Below are positions 16,146 to 25,188 of a DNA stretch of 28,822 bases, piece after piece. Source of the stretch: Candidatus Hodarchaeota archaeon (lineage in GTDB: Archaea > Asgardarchaeota > Heimdallarchaeia > Hodarchaeales > Hodarchaeaceae). Within the stretch, counting starts at the first letter, position 1; each line of letters starts with the position of its first letter. The notes below the pieces were generated by a model that saw only the letters and a list, made by a program, of their open reading frames with translations, had not been told where the DNA came from and ran no database searches. Location of the stretch: the NCBI GenBank assembly GCA_016840035.1, contig JAEOTC010000045.1:1-28822 (forward strand). The letters run 5' to 3'. The translations under genes and the position numbers were made by a program.

Positions 16146-16577
16146 GTGACCGTGTTTGAGGATGCCCATGGATACTTAAATAGCTCCATTAGGGTTTATG
16201 TGAATGCCACTTCAACACTTGACAAGTTATTTGCCATTAAACTTGTGGTTTTAAGTATGATCATCGCTGTTGATGCTTTAGTTGAAAAAATTGGAACGAG
16301 TGGAAATATTACCTTTCAAAGTCATCTTGAAGATTCAAATTTCTTTTTACCTATGGCCGCATACGAACAACGAGTTGTAGAGTTACAATCACTTGAGGAA
16401 AGCAATTCTCAAGTAAAGGAACTCTCTTTATCGGTTAGACTGCAAAACTCAATTGACACACTGAAATTTGTATATGGGAAACATGGCTTTCGATCATTAT
16501 TATCCTTGAACATAAAAGAGTTCATCAATAATGCATTATTTTTTATTTTAGAGGTAAAAGAATTGGTGGAGACTTAA
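16146..16577 (+). CDS. Hypothetical all-helical protein, possibly a degenerate HEPN-like domain
   Basis: 143 aa ORF filling the gap between genes; helical pattern 'A..YL..S', 'AVDAL', C-terminal 'EFINNA..FI..VKELV'. Confidence 0.45.
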   Translation: MTVFEDAHGYLNSSIRVYVNATSTLDKLFAIKLVVLSMIIAVDALVEKIGTSGNITFQSHLEDSNFFLPMAAYEQRVVELQSLEESNSQVKELSLSVRLQNSIDTLKFVYGKHGFRSLLSLNIKEFINNALFFILEVKELVET

Positions 16578-16609
16578 TCCCCACCAAAAGGGTAAATAAA
16601 TGAAGAATT

Positions 16610-17593
16610 TTAAGCGTTAGCTGAACTTCGTTTTTTGCGAACCCAAGCAGTAGGATCTTTGATAACTACTGGTTTTGCTGCAGCTCCCCTTTTCACTTCG
16701 AACTTTTCCATACCTAAACCACGAGCTAATTCTTTGAATCGATTTCTAATTGTTACAGGAGTAGTTCTTGCTGGAACAGCAATTTGTTGTTGGGTGCGAC
16801 GTTCACCTGTCTGAATAGAGGCAATATAGATTGCTGCAGCTGCGAGTGACATTGGAATTTTGCCGATGGTCAATTTTTTCTCTCTAGCTTCCACTAGAAT
16901 GTCGATAGCAATTTTACGGGTATACATTGTTAGACCCAAATTCTCTCCAAGACGATTTACTAGAGTGATTGGATCAGTGGATGTTTTATTCATGTTAACA
17001 TTCTGAAGGAAAATTCGAATACATCTACCTAATTCTTTGGAAGAAATATTTGCAACCTCTGAAGTATCTTTTAATGTGATTGCAGTCCCTTTCTTACGAC
17101 AAGCTAAATAGATTGCAGCACTCATCATTCCTATTACAGATCGCCCTTTGATTAGGTCTTTTTTGAGAGCTAATTTGTAGATATGAACAGCCGTCTCACA
17201 TGTATCATCCGATAAATTCAAATGAGATCTGATGCGTTTTAATTCCATCAGTGCATTCTTCAAGTTACGTGTGGTTCGATCTTGGATTCGTTCATCCATG
17301 ACTGTTAAACGTGCAAATTTTGCTTGTGCTTCAGTATTTAGGGACTTCCCGTAAGAATCCTTGGATTTTCCACCAATAACTGTTCGAAGTTCATTATTAT
17401 TTAGTAATGTTGTAGGTAAACCAACCCTTACTCTTGATTTCTCTTCTTGTGCATTATAAGCTCGCCATTCAGGTTCATGACTGAATATTGCGCTGTTTGC
17501 TACTAATCCACATTCTGCGCATATAATTTCCCCGCGCTGATCGTCGTAAACCATTGCAGGACTGTTACATTCATTACAGCTCTCGTAAGCCAT
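16610..17593 (-). CDS. tfb: Transcription initiation factor IIB (TFB)
   Basis: Zn ribbon 'CNEC...GEIICAECG', 'PEWRAY', 'RVG.P', two cyclin repeats 'KGRS..AAIYLACR' and 'GK.P..LAAAAIY', 'VTIRNRFKEL'; start set at ATG 17593. Confidence 0.96.
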   Translation of the reverse strand: MAYESCNECNSPAMVYDDQRGEIICAECGLVANSAIFSHEPEWRAYNAQEEKSRVRVGLPTTLLNNNELRTVIGGKSKDSYGKSLNTEAQAKFARLTVMDERIQDRTTRNLKNALMELKRIRSHLNLSDDTCETAVHIYKLALKKDLIKGRSVIGMMSAAIYLACRKKGTAITLKDTSEVANISSKELGRCIRIFLQNVNMNKTSTDPITLVNRLGENLGLTMYTRKIAIDILVEAREKKLTIGKIPMSLAAAAIYIASIQTGERRTQQQIAVPARTTPVTIRNRFKELARGLGMEKFEVKRGAAAKPVVIKDPTAWVRKKRSSANA

Positions 17594-17901
17594 GTTAAGA
17601 CTCTCCAAAGGAAAAAATTGATACAATAATTCTCGTTCGTACCACATTTCTCGGTGAGCGATAGATGATTAATCGCTTATAAAAAAATACCTAGAGAATC
17701 TATCCATAATATATGAAAGTAATATGTTTTTTATGCTAGTATATAAATTGAGTAATAAGTAAATTCTCAAGATTCAATTGTTGCTTCGACTGATTACCAA
17801 GTAGAAATTGTGATTTCTCCAATTAAGATCATTGTTTTTGTTGAAACTTCCCTGAAGTTTAATGATTTTTTCATTGAAATGGAAGTATGATAAAACCACG
17901 C

Positions 17902-17929
17902 ACTGAGATTATGTCAATCCAATCTCAGT
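17902..17929. repeat. 9-bp perfect inverted repeat with 10-nt spacer
   Basis: ACTGAGATT-N10-AATCTCAGT in the intergenic region between tfb and the HTH regulator. Confidence 0.6.
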
Positions 17930-18000
17930 AAAAATAAACAAAATATCCTTTAGAATGAATGTAATTGTACCATTAAGGTCGAAGAATTTACTGATTTATC

Positions 18001-18432
18001 CTATTCCTCGTCATCTAAACAGATTTTACAATTTTCATGAGTAATTCCATATTGTCGATGGAATTTGCATAGAAATTTTCCATTTTCAATGAATCTGAGA
18101 ATTCGCTGTACCTCACGTGGGGCATAACTATCTTCCTCCGCTATACGACGAGCTGATTCTAGAATTTCAGTCATTATCTCGGGATCGAATTCAACTTTAT
18201 TACCCCGTGTATTTTTCTTTCCCGCTTTGTCCTTATATTGTGAAATAGCAGGTTCTGTAAGTTTAAACCTTTTAGCAATTTCTGTTTGGGGCATACTATG
18301 TTCATTTATGAGTGTATTCGTCAATACACGACGGATAGCCGGAAGAATATACCATACAATTACCTCTTGAGGTTGTACAAGCTTTTTCAACCGTTTAGGG
18401 CCAGTTTTGGTATTCGTTTGGGTACCCGACAT
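18001..18432 (-). CDS. Archaeal XRE-like HTH transcriptional regulator (COG2522-like) with C-terminal Cys/His motif
   Basis: 'PQEVIVWYILPAIRR', 'QTEIAKRFKLTEPAISQY', 'RG', 'LCKFH...CKIC'. Confidence 0.88.
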   Translation of the reverse strand: MSGTQTNTKTGPKRLKKLVQPQEVIVWYILPAIRRVLTNTLINEHSMPQTEIAKRFKLTEPAISQYKDKAGKKNTRGNKVEFDPEIMTEILESARRIAEEDSYAPREVQRILRFIENGKFLCKFHRQYGITHENCKICLDDEE

Positions 18433-18504
18433 ATCTATTCAATTCAAAAGGGATTTCAAAGAAAGATTAACAATCGTTATTCCATGTTAGTCTGAACAAG
18501 ATCA

Positions 18505-18521
18505 GATTTAAAAACCTTTTT
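18505..18521 (-). promoter_or_regulatory. BRE/TATA promoter for the HTH regulator
   Basis: Minus strand reads AAAAAGGTTTTTAAATC, about 75 nt upstream of the ATG. Confidence 0.45.
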
Positions 18522-18556
18522 AGAAGAAGGCCGTCGAAAATAGACTAAAATAAGAC

Positions 18557-18577
18557 ATTACTCAGATGCTGAGTAAT
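18557..18577. promoter_or_regulatory. Inverted repeat, candidate operator
   Basis: ATTACTCAG-atg-CTGAGTAAT between the divergent regulator and hflX. Confidence 0.45.
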
Positions 18578-18605
18578 AGAATCTCAGAACATTAGAAATT
18601 CTTCT

Positions 18606-19961
18606 TTGCTTGACTACTTAATATCGGAAGTGAAAATTTTACAGCAAATGGAAGCAGAATTAGCGGAACCAAGAGGGGAGTGTATTCTCATACTTCCATA
18701 TCCAGATACAAAGCATGATTTATTTCTCAATAAGGAAATGCGAATGCTTGTAAAGTCTTCCAATTATAGGGTGGTTGAAGAATTTCGATTGAGAATCAAT
18801 AATCCAAAATATCTTCTTTCCCCTAGTCGATTAATTGAATTAAAATCGATAGTTGAGAAGCTTGCGGATGTTTTCATTATTGTTGGGGCCCATTTATCAG
18901 CAAAACAACATATAAATTTGGAAAAGAAGCTAGAATGTCTTATAATTGACAAATTTGAGCTTGTGCTTGAAATATTTGCCCTTAGAGCAATGACGGAAGA
19001 GGCAAAGATACAAATACAGCTCGCCCAACTTAAATATGAAGGTCCAAGAGAAAGATTAAGGTTGATGGATCGTTTGAGCGTTGAGGGAGCTTGGCACACC
19101 GAACGTGCTGGATTTTGGGGTACAGGTGAAAACCCTCTCCATGAATTTGATGCTGGAGCCAAAAAACGTGAAGCTCATTTAAAAGGGAAGCTAGCGGACT
19201 TAAAGCAAAAACGAATAGATCGGAGATTAAATCGAAAGCGGCATCATCATGATAGTGTCTATGTTAGTATAGTTGGTTATACCTCTGCAGGAAAATCAAC
19301 ATTACTTAATGCCTTAACAAATACCGATGCTTCGAGCGTTAGCCCTCGACTCTTTGAGACTTTAGATACCCGAATTAGGAGTTTCAAGTTAGAGGATTTG
19401 AAAATTTTTGTTACGGACACTGTAGGATTTATTGAAGATCTACCAACCTTCTTGATAGACTCCTTCCGTTCGACGCTTGAAGAGAGTATAGCTGCGGATA
19501 TTATACTAATCGTAATTGATGGAAGTGAGTCGTCGTTAGATTTGATTGTACAAAAGTTGAATGTTACCGTCAATACAGTCAATGAAATTATGCCGCAGAA
19601 TAATCGGATTTTAGTATTAAACAAAATAGATCTCCTCTCCTCTGAACAGCTTGATAAACGAGAAAATCTTCTTAAGAAGCATTTCCCAGAATATGAAGTT
19701 GTCTCTGTCTCTGCAGAGAAGAATGTTCAACCAGTTATTCGTGCTATTGAGAAATTTCGTCCCCCGAAGAAGTATTTGCTCAAGTATAACCCAAATCATG
19801 TTTTTAGATCTTTCTGTCATGAATTTACCACTGTTGAAGAGGAATCATTCGAAGGCCAATGGTCAATGACTTTTTCCATCAGGAAGCCAACTTATGGTCT
19901 CGAAGCTATAAAACGAAAGGGGGAAGCCCTTAATGTCACGTTCGAAGTTCGAGAGGTTTAA
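18606..19961 (+). CDS. hflX: Ribosome-splitting GTPase HflX
   Basis: 'LEIFALRA...EAKIQIQLAQL.Y', G1 'GYTSAGKS', G2 'LFETLD', G3 'DTVGFI', G4 'NKID'; exact start uncertain. Confidence 0.95.
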   Translation: MLDYLISEVKILQQMEAELAEPRGECILILPYPDTKHDLFLNKEMRMLVKSSNYRVVEEFRLRINNPKYLLSPSRLIELKSIVEKLADVFIIVGAHLSAKQHINLEKKLECLIIDKFELVLEIFALRAMTEEAKIQIQLAQLKYEGPRERLRLMDRLSVEGAWHTERAGFWGTGENPLHEFDAGAKKREAHLKGKLADLKQKRIDRRLNRKRHHHDSVYVSIVGYTSAGKSTLLNALTNTDASSVSPRLFETLDTRIRSFKLEDLKIFVTDTVGFIEDLPTFLIDSFRSTLEESIAADIILIVIDGSESSLDLIVQKLNVTVNTVNEIMPQNNRILVLNKIDLLSSEQLDKRENLLKKHFPEYEVVSVSAEKNVQPVIRAIEKFRPPKKYLLKYNPNHVFRSFCHEFTTVEEESFEGQWSMTFSIRKPTYGLEAIKRKGEALNVTFEVREV

Positions 19962-19968
19962 AGTCGAG

Positions 19969-21156
19969 ATGGAAGTGAAACAATCGAGAGAAATTTCCTT
20001 CTTAAGTCTGTTATTTCTTCTCTTGAGTTTATCTATACTTCTCCCAATTCTATGCGTATCGCAATCAAATTTTTATTGGAATATAGAGCAGGTTGGAATT
20101 CCTGCTGCTTGGGAATTCACTCAAGGTTCTCCAGAAATAATTGTAGCCGTTATTGATTCTGGAATTGATTTTAATCACCCTGACTTAGAAAACCAAATGT
20201 GGGAAAACTCAGATGAAGTACCAAATAATGGATGGGATGATGACGGAAATGGGTATATCGATGATCTCGTAGGATGGGACTTTCGCGGGAACGACAATAA
20301 TCCCCTACCTCCTCTCCCTTCAACATCAGGAACTAAACATGGTACTTTTATCGCAGGACTAATCGCTGCTGACGATGATGATGACATTTTTGTTGGTGTT
20401 GCTCCTAATGTGAAAATTATGAATTTGCGCTTTCTTGATGCCAATCTAGGTTTTACTGGCCTTGAATGGCCAAAATTGGTTGATGCAATTAACTATTCTG
20501 TTACTAATGGCGCCAAAATCATTAATTTATCCCTGCAAGCTTATGGCTCTCCTCCAGTCGAAATTTATGAAGCAATTCGAAATGCATACCTAGCCGGAGT
20601 TATTATAGTTAGTGTAACAGGCAATCGTGGTCCAAGTAGCGTCACTTTAACATATCCTGGAAATTATAGCGAAGTAATTGCCGTTTCCTCGGTAAAATCC
20701 ACCTTGGAAGTCTCTGAGACCTCTCTAACTGGAGAGGAAAACGAAATCTGTGCCCCAGGGGAGGAAGTTTATTCTATCACAGGGTACAATACATCAGTTG
20801 TTCCTGGATCTGGAACTTCCTTTGCGGCTCCATTGGTATCTGGAGCAATAGCTTTAATGTTATCCTTGAATCCTAGCTTAACTAACGAAGAAATTCGTGA
20901 AATATTACACGAATCATGTATAGATTTAGGAGATAAGGGTAAAGACGATGTTTATGGTTATGGGTTATTGAATATTACTTCCGCTTTAGAAAAAATAGAT
21001 AATACTTCATCAACTGTCCCCAGTACGTCTACACATTCAATAACAACTTCTCCCGAAGATGGGTCGATATCTGATTTTTTTATATTGGGTATAGCGTTTT
21101 CTTTGCTATTTGCTATCATTATTATCTTCCGAATGTCAGACCAACAGAACTCCTAA
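19969..21156 (+). CDS. Membrane-anchored S8 subtilisin-like serine protease
   Basis: Catalytic 'VAVIDSG', 'HGTFIAG', 'GTSFAAP'; N-terminal hydrophobic signal, Ser/Thr linker and C-terminal TM; start moved to ATG 19969 to avoid overlap with hflX. Confidence 0.92.
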   Translation: MEVKQSREISFLSLLFLLLSLSILLPILCVSQSNFYWNIEQVGIPAAWEFTQGSPEIIVAVIDSGIDFNHPDLENQMWENSDEVPNNGWDDDGNGYIDDLVGWDFRGNDNNPLPPLPSTSGTKHGTFIAGLIAADDDDDIFVGVAPNVKIMNLRFLDANLGFTGLEWPKLVDAINYSVTNGAKIINLSLQAYGSPPVEIYEAIRNAYLAGVIIVSVTGNRGPSSVTLTYPGNYSEVIAVSSVKSTLEVSETSLTGEENEICAPGEEVYSITGYNTSVVPGSGTSFAAPLVSGAIALMLSLNPSLTNEEIREILHESCIDLGDKGKDDVYGYGLLNITSALEKIDNTSSTVPSTSTHSITTSPEDGSISDFFILGIAFSLLFAIIIIFRMSDQQNS

Positions 21157-21167
21157 TTTTCAATATC

Positions 21168-22340
21168 TTAAGCTTTCCCACATTTTACCTTAGTGATTAA
21201 ATCCGCAACCTCTATTAGATCGGAGTCTTTAGGTACTAATTTTTTCTGTGCACCTTCACTTAAAGGAACCGAAAGAATTTCTGTACCATTAAGGCAGGCC
21301 ATTTGACCATAATTCTCTTTTAAAATGAGTTTAATTGCTTGTACTCCTAATCGAAGGCCTAAAATTCTATCAAATGAACTAGGCGTTCCTGCTCGCATTG
21401 TATGTCCAAGAGTAACTTCACGAATGTCATATTCGACATCATTGTCATTGAAGTATTTGCGAAGTTCCTCCTTAGTATTTAGCTCCTTTACCAGAACTTT
21501 GGACATATTTAACTTCGACAGAATTGGATTCCCGAAGTCATCTCTAGGTAATTTTTCAATATCCTTCTGCGAAATTGTTGTAAAATCACGTTCAAATGAT
21601 TTTTTTGTTGGGATTGCTCCTTCACTACATGCAATGATATGATATTTCCGTCCAGAGTCAATTCGGTCCCTCAAAATGTTAACAATGTCATTTTGTAAGT
21701 CAAATGGCTTTTCTGGGATTAAAATGATATCTGCTCCCGTAGAAATTCCACTAACCAAAGTTAGCCAACCTGCATCTCTCCCCATTACTTCAACAATAAA
21801 TATTCGCTGATGAGAACGGGCAGTTGTAGTAATGTTATCCATTGTATTCGATGCAAGTTGGATTGCTGACCAAAAACCGAAAGTGTAATCTGTACTTGAA
21901 AGGTCATTATCAATAGTTTTTGGAACCCCAATTACCTTTGCTCCAGCGTATTTATACATCGCAGAGGCCACTCCCAATGTATCATCTCCTCCTATCGCAA
22001 TGAGTGCATCTAATCCTAGTTTTTCAATTTGAGAAGCCATTTTTTCAGCAGTTTCTTTAATGGCCTTTTCTCGTTTGACTGATTCTTGGATATTCTTAGC
22101 TTGCTTATATGGATTTGTTCTGGAAGTATATAAGAGAGTCCCACCTACTGTGTGTAAATCATCTAACTTTTCAACATCTAATTCACGTATTGTACCTTCT
22201 AAAAACCCCTTCCACCCCTTTTCAATACCTATGACTTTATAACCTGCATCTGCAGCTTTTAAAAGAACACCATAAATTACACTATTTAATCCTGGACAAT
22301 CCCCTCCTCCAGTTAGAATTCCTATAGTTTTGGACATCAT
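21168..22340 (-). CDS. pfkA: PfkA-family phosphofructokinase (group III), probably pyrophosphate-dependent
   Basis: 'TGGGDCPGLN', 'GGT.L.TSR', 'GGDDT', 'PKTIDND', 'EVMGR.AGW'. Confidence 0.92.
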   Translation of the reverse strand: MMSKTIGILTGGGDCPGLNSVIYGVLLKAADAGYKVIGIEKGWKGFLEGTIRELDVEKLDDLHTVGGTLLYTSRTNPYKQAKNIQESVKREKAIKETAEKMASQIEKLGLDALIAIGGDDTLGVASAMYKYAGAKVIGVPKTIDNDLSSTDYTFGFWSAIQLASNTMDNITTTARSHQRIFIVEVMGRDAGWLTLVSGISTGADIILIPEKPFDLQNDIVNILRDRIDSGRKYHIIACSEGAIPTKKSFERDFTTISQKDIEKLPRDDFGNPILSKLNMSKVLVKELNTKEELRKYFNDNDVEYDIREVTLGHTMRAGTPSSFDRILGLRLGVQAIKLILKENYGQMACLNGTEILSVPLSEGAQKKLVPKDSDLIEVADLITKVKCGKA

Positions 22341-22472
22341 TTATCAACCTACTGAGTGTTTTCAACACGTAATAAGAATTAAATGATAAGAAATTAATAC
22401 TTCACTCTATATTGATATGTTCAATTAAAAACCCAAGAGTGAAAAAAGAAGAGAGAATGGATTGAAATTAGG

Positions 22473-23297
22473 TTATCTCAATTTTCCATAGCAATGTGGA
22501 CAGAAGAAAGCATTTTGCGGGACTTGCTTGCCACAAAACTTACATCCGGCCTGAGCTCCTCCTTTCGGAACAGCTTTTTTAACCACCGTTCTTTTTTGCT
22601 TTGGTTTTCCTTTAGTGGAGGAAATTGCCATTTTAGGCCTTTTCTTTGCAGAGCTAGATTGTTCAGTACCCGAACCGCCACCCCATTGGAGTGTAGGTTC
22701 CCAACCACCTGCTGGAGCTGCTTTTCTACGTTTCGGTTTAGGAGCTGCACCTGTTCTTAAACCAACTACAGCAACTATAGCCCCAAGTAATGCAAGTAAA
22801 ACAGGTGTGAGAACACCTAAGAATTGAACTACTACAATACGTCGAGTTAATATCCGTATTGTAGATGATCCTCTGTTGTTGACCCTAATGTATAAATCGA
22901 AAGCTTCATTAATCGAAAATGGGTCAAAGAATGACAAAGAGATTTGTTTTTGGGCTGTTCCCTCGGGTTTATCATAACTCCTAAATGTGCCATCCAAGGC
23001 AGCACCAGGGTGAGGGTAATTATCATTTTTAAGGTATAACTGAAAATCACATGAATAAGCATCGTCAGCGGAAAAGATGAAGTAGACTTTAATATTTAAC
23101 ATCAAAGGTGAGGCTGGTACCCGGCCTACAAATGCTTCCCCGTCACTAGTTCCTCCGGAAATTGCAATCGGGGTTACTTCGTCCGCTGTACGTCCTCCGA
23201 AAGGTGGAACGACGATCCACATGACATTAAACAAAGAAAACAATAGAATACCAATGATTGCTATTCCAATTCCGCCAATAGTAACTTTCGACACCAT
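22473..23297 (-). CDS. Two-TM membrane protein with Lys-rich cytoplasmic tail and C-terminal zinc ribbon
   Basis: N-terminal TM, beta-rich loop, second TM, 'CKFCG......FCPHC'; ATG at 23297 (GTG 23306 also possible). Confidence 0.7.
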   Translation of the reverse strand: MVSKVTIGGIGIAIIGILLFSLFNVMWIVVPPFGGRTADEVTPIAISGGTSDGEAFVGRVPASPLMLNIKVYFIFSADDAYSCDFQLYLKNDNYPHPGAALDGTFRSYDKPEGTAQKQISLSFFDPFSINEAFDLYIRVNNRGSSTIRILTRRIVVVQFLGVLTPVLLALLGAIVAVVGLRTGAAPKPKRRKAAPAGGWEPTLQWGGGSGTEQSSSAKKRPKMAISSTKGKPKQKRTVVKKAVPKGGAQAGCKFCGKQVPQNAFFCPHCYGKLR

Positions 23298-23582
23298 TTT
23301 TATCACTCAAACTCAGTTTAATCTCAAAAATTGTATAACTTAAATACTTACTAATGGGTTTTCGCTTAGAAGTTAAATAAATATTTCTAATTCAGCAGAT
23401 TCTTTTGTTTAATTCATGATTAAAAACGAGTAAAAATCAGACTGTCAATTTTGTAGGGTAGTTAACCTATTATCACAAATCTATTTGAAAATAAACTGTC
23501 GAATATTAGGAATATTGAAGAAGCTACTATAAATCAATAATTTTATTTGAAATTCGGGCTTTTAAATGCATAATTAATTCAG

Positions 23583-23765
23583 GTGATAAAGATCATCCAA
23601 ATTGATGCTAAATCTTGCGTAGGTTGCGCCTATTGCTTCATGGTTTGTCCTGTAAAGGGTTTTAAAGTCGAAGGAATATCACGTTTTCAGAACAAATGCA
23701 ACAAATGTACTCAGTGTATCTATAATTGTCCTGTGGGTGCTATACGAGCTACTTGGGAGGAATAA
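23583..23765 (+). CDS. 2x[4Fe-4S] dicluster ferredoxin
   Basis: Two CxxCxxCxxxCP motifs in 60 aa. Confidence 0.92.
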   Translation: MIKIIQIDAKSCVGCAYCFMVCPVKGFKVEGISRFQNKCNKCTQCIYNCPVGAIRATWEE

Positions 23766-23767
23766 TA

Positions 23768-25054
23768 ATGGTACAGAATTATGATGTATTTATTGGTGGG
23801 GGTGGTCTTGGAGGATTGTTAACTGCATCACTATTGTCTCAACAGGGAAAATCAGTTTTCTTAGCCGAAAGATTACCATTTTTTGGGGGACGTTTTTCCA
23901 CTCATAGTCTCGATGGCTATGAGATTCCTACTGGAGCAGTTCATATGATCCCTCATTCTCAAAGAGGAATTCTAGGACAAATGCTGTTGAAGAATTTATC
24001 ACTTCCTCTTAAAATAGTGGATACACATAATTTTACAACTTGGTACTGGAAAAACCGACAACCAATAAGTCACAAAAGATTTTGGGGTTTTTTTCGTGCG
24101 ATACCAAAATGGAAACAGCGGTTTTTCACTTTTCGAAGATTGCTGTTAGATCGAAGTGAGATTCATAATAATTCGTTAACATTTCATGATTTGCTAAGCT
24201 CTAAGACAGACGATCCCCAAATCTTTAAATTTTTCAATGCAATTACTGGTTTCGCCCTGAGCTTGGATATCTCAGAAATGACAGCTAAAACAACTTACCA
24301 GTTCTTAGATCGATTGTATAAAAGTGGTAAAGCAGGGGTTCCAATTGGAGGCTGTAAACGAGTGATCGAGAACCTGGTAAATTTTTCCCAGACTCATAAG
24401 TCCGTTCTTAAAAAGAATACGCAACTTATCAAGCTTGAAACCGATGGGGATAGAATCAAAACCATCATTCTTCGTCATACACGAACAAATGAGGAATTAG
24501 AAATACAGGCTGAGGAATTTATCTTGAATTTGGGGATTAATCAGATCAATTCGATCTTAGAAAGAAGTAAGGTAAATTTTCGTCTACCTTCACTCCCCGA
24601 TGCGATAGGTGGAGGCTTTGCTTTTAAATCAAAATCCTCTCTGTTAAAAAAATCTACTGTTGCACAATTTCCTGATTGCGAGTATGTTAAAGGAGCAGTA
24701 GAACCTTCACTTATTTCCCCCGAGTTAGCACCTAAAGGGAGTCATCTTTTTCTAACCCATCAAGTCTTCGGATCCAAGGATGTTGAAACCGCTACAAAAT
24801 GTGCGAGAGATGAAATTCTTGAATTATTTCCGTCTCTTCATGAGGAGGATGAATTATGCATTCATACATTCCATCGAGATTGGCCAGTTAATAATACAAT
24901 GCAGGGTTTAGATAATAAGAATTTTTCTGATGTATATTCTAACTTAAGTTTTGTTGGTGACGGTTTCAAAGGTAATACTGGTTGGTTCATGACTGAAGGA
25001 GTAGCTTTCGGTACGCAAAAGGTCACAAATCATATTTTGAACAAGAAATCTTAA
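23768..25054 (+). CDS. Phytoene desaturase-like (COG1233) FAD-dependent oxidoreductase
   Basis: 'GGGLGGL', 'ER..FFGGRF', 'TGAVHMIPH', 'P.GG', 'LAPKG', 'VGDG...EG'; ATG 23768 preceded by GGAGG, 2 nt after the ferredoxin stop. Confidence 0.85.
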   Translation: MVQNYDVFIGGGGLGGLLTASLLSQQGKSVFLAERLPFFGGRFSTHSLDGYEIPTGAVHMIPHSQRGILGQMLLKNLSLPLKIVDTHNFTTWYWKNRQPISHKRFWGFFRAIPKWKQRFFTFRRLLLDRSEIHNNSLTFHDLLSSKTDDPQIFKFFNAITGFALSLDISEMTAKTTYQFLDRLYKSGKAGVPIGGCKRVIENLVNFSQTHKSVLKKNTQLIKLETDGDRIKTIILRHTRTNEELEIQAEEFILNLGINQINSILERSKVNFRLPSLPDAIGGGFAFKSKSSLLKKSTVAQFPDCEYVKGAVEPSLISPELAPKGSHLFLTHQVFGSKDVETATKCARDEILELFPSLHEEDELCIHTFHRDWPVNNTMQGLDNKNFSDVYSNLSFVGDGFKGNTGWFMTEGVAFGTQKVTNHILNKKS

Positions 25055-25188
25055 TCCCCCCTTATGGTTGTTGTTTTTCGGTACTTTCTGAAGGTTGAGA
25101 AAAAGTACACTTTACCCTCCCAAATAAATCGAAAGGCATAAATGATTAAAAATTGAAAATCTGTCAATACTCACAATGAGGTGTTTCT

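Noticed and set aside
18764-19869. Short ORFs within hflX, representative of similar nested or antisense ORFs in ino1, the MTases, subtilase, pfk, mtnP and metK
   Set aside because: Shadow frames of well-supported genes, with no independent coding signal.
23768-25054. Rab GDI/REP-like eukaryotic signature protein
   Set aside because: The intact GxGxGG FAD motif, C-terminal VGD motif and ferredoxin linkage fit an active flavoenzyme.
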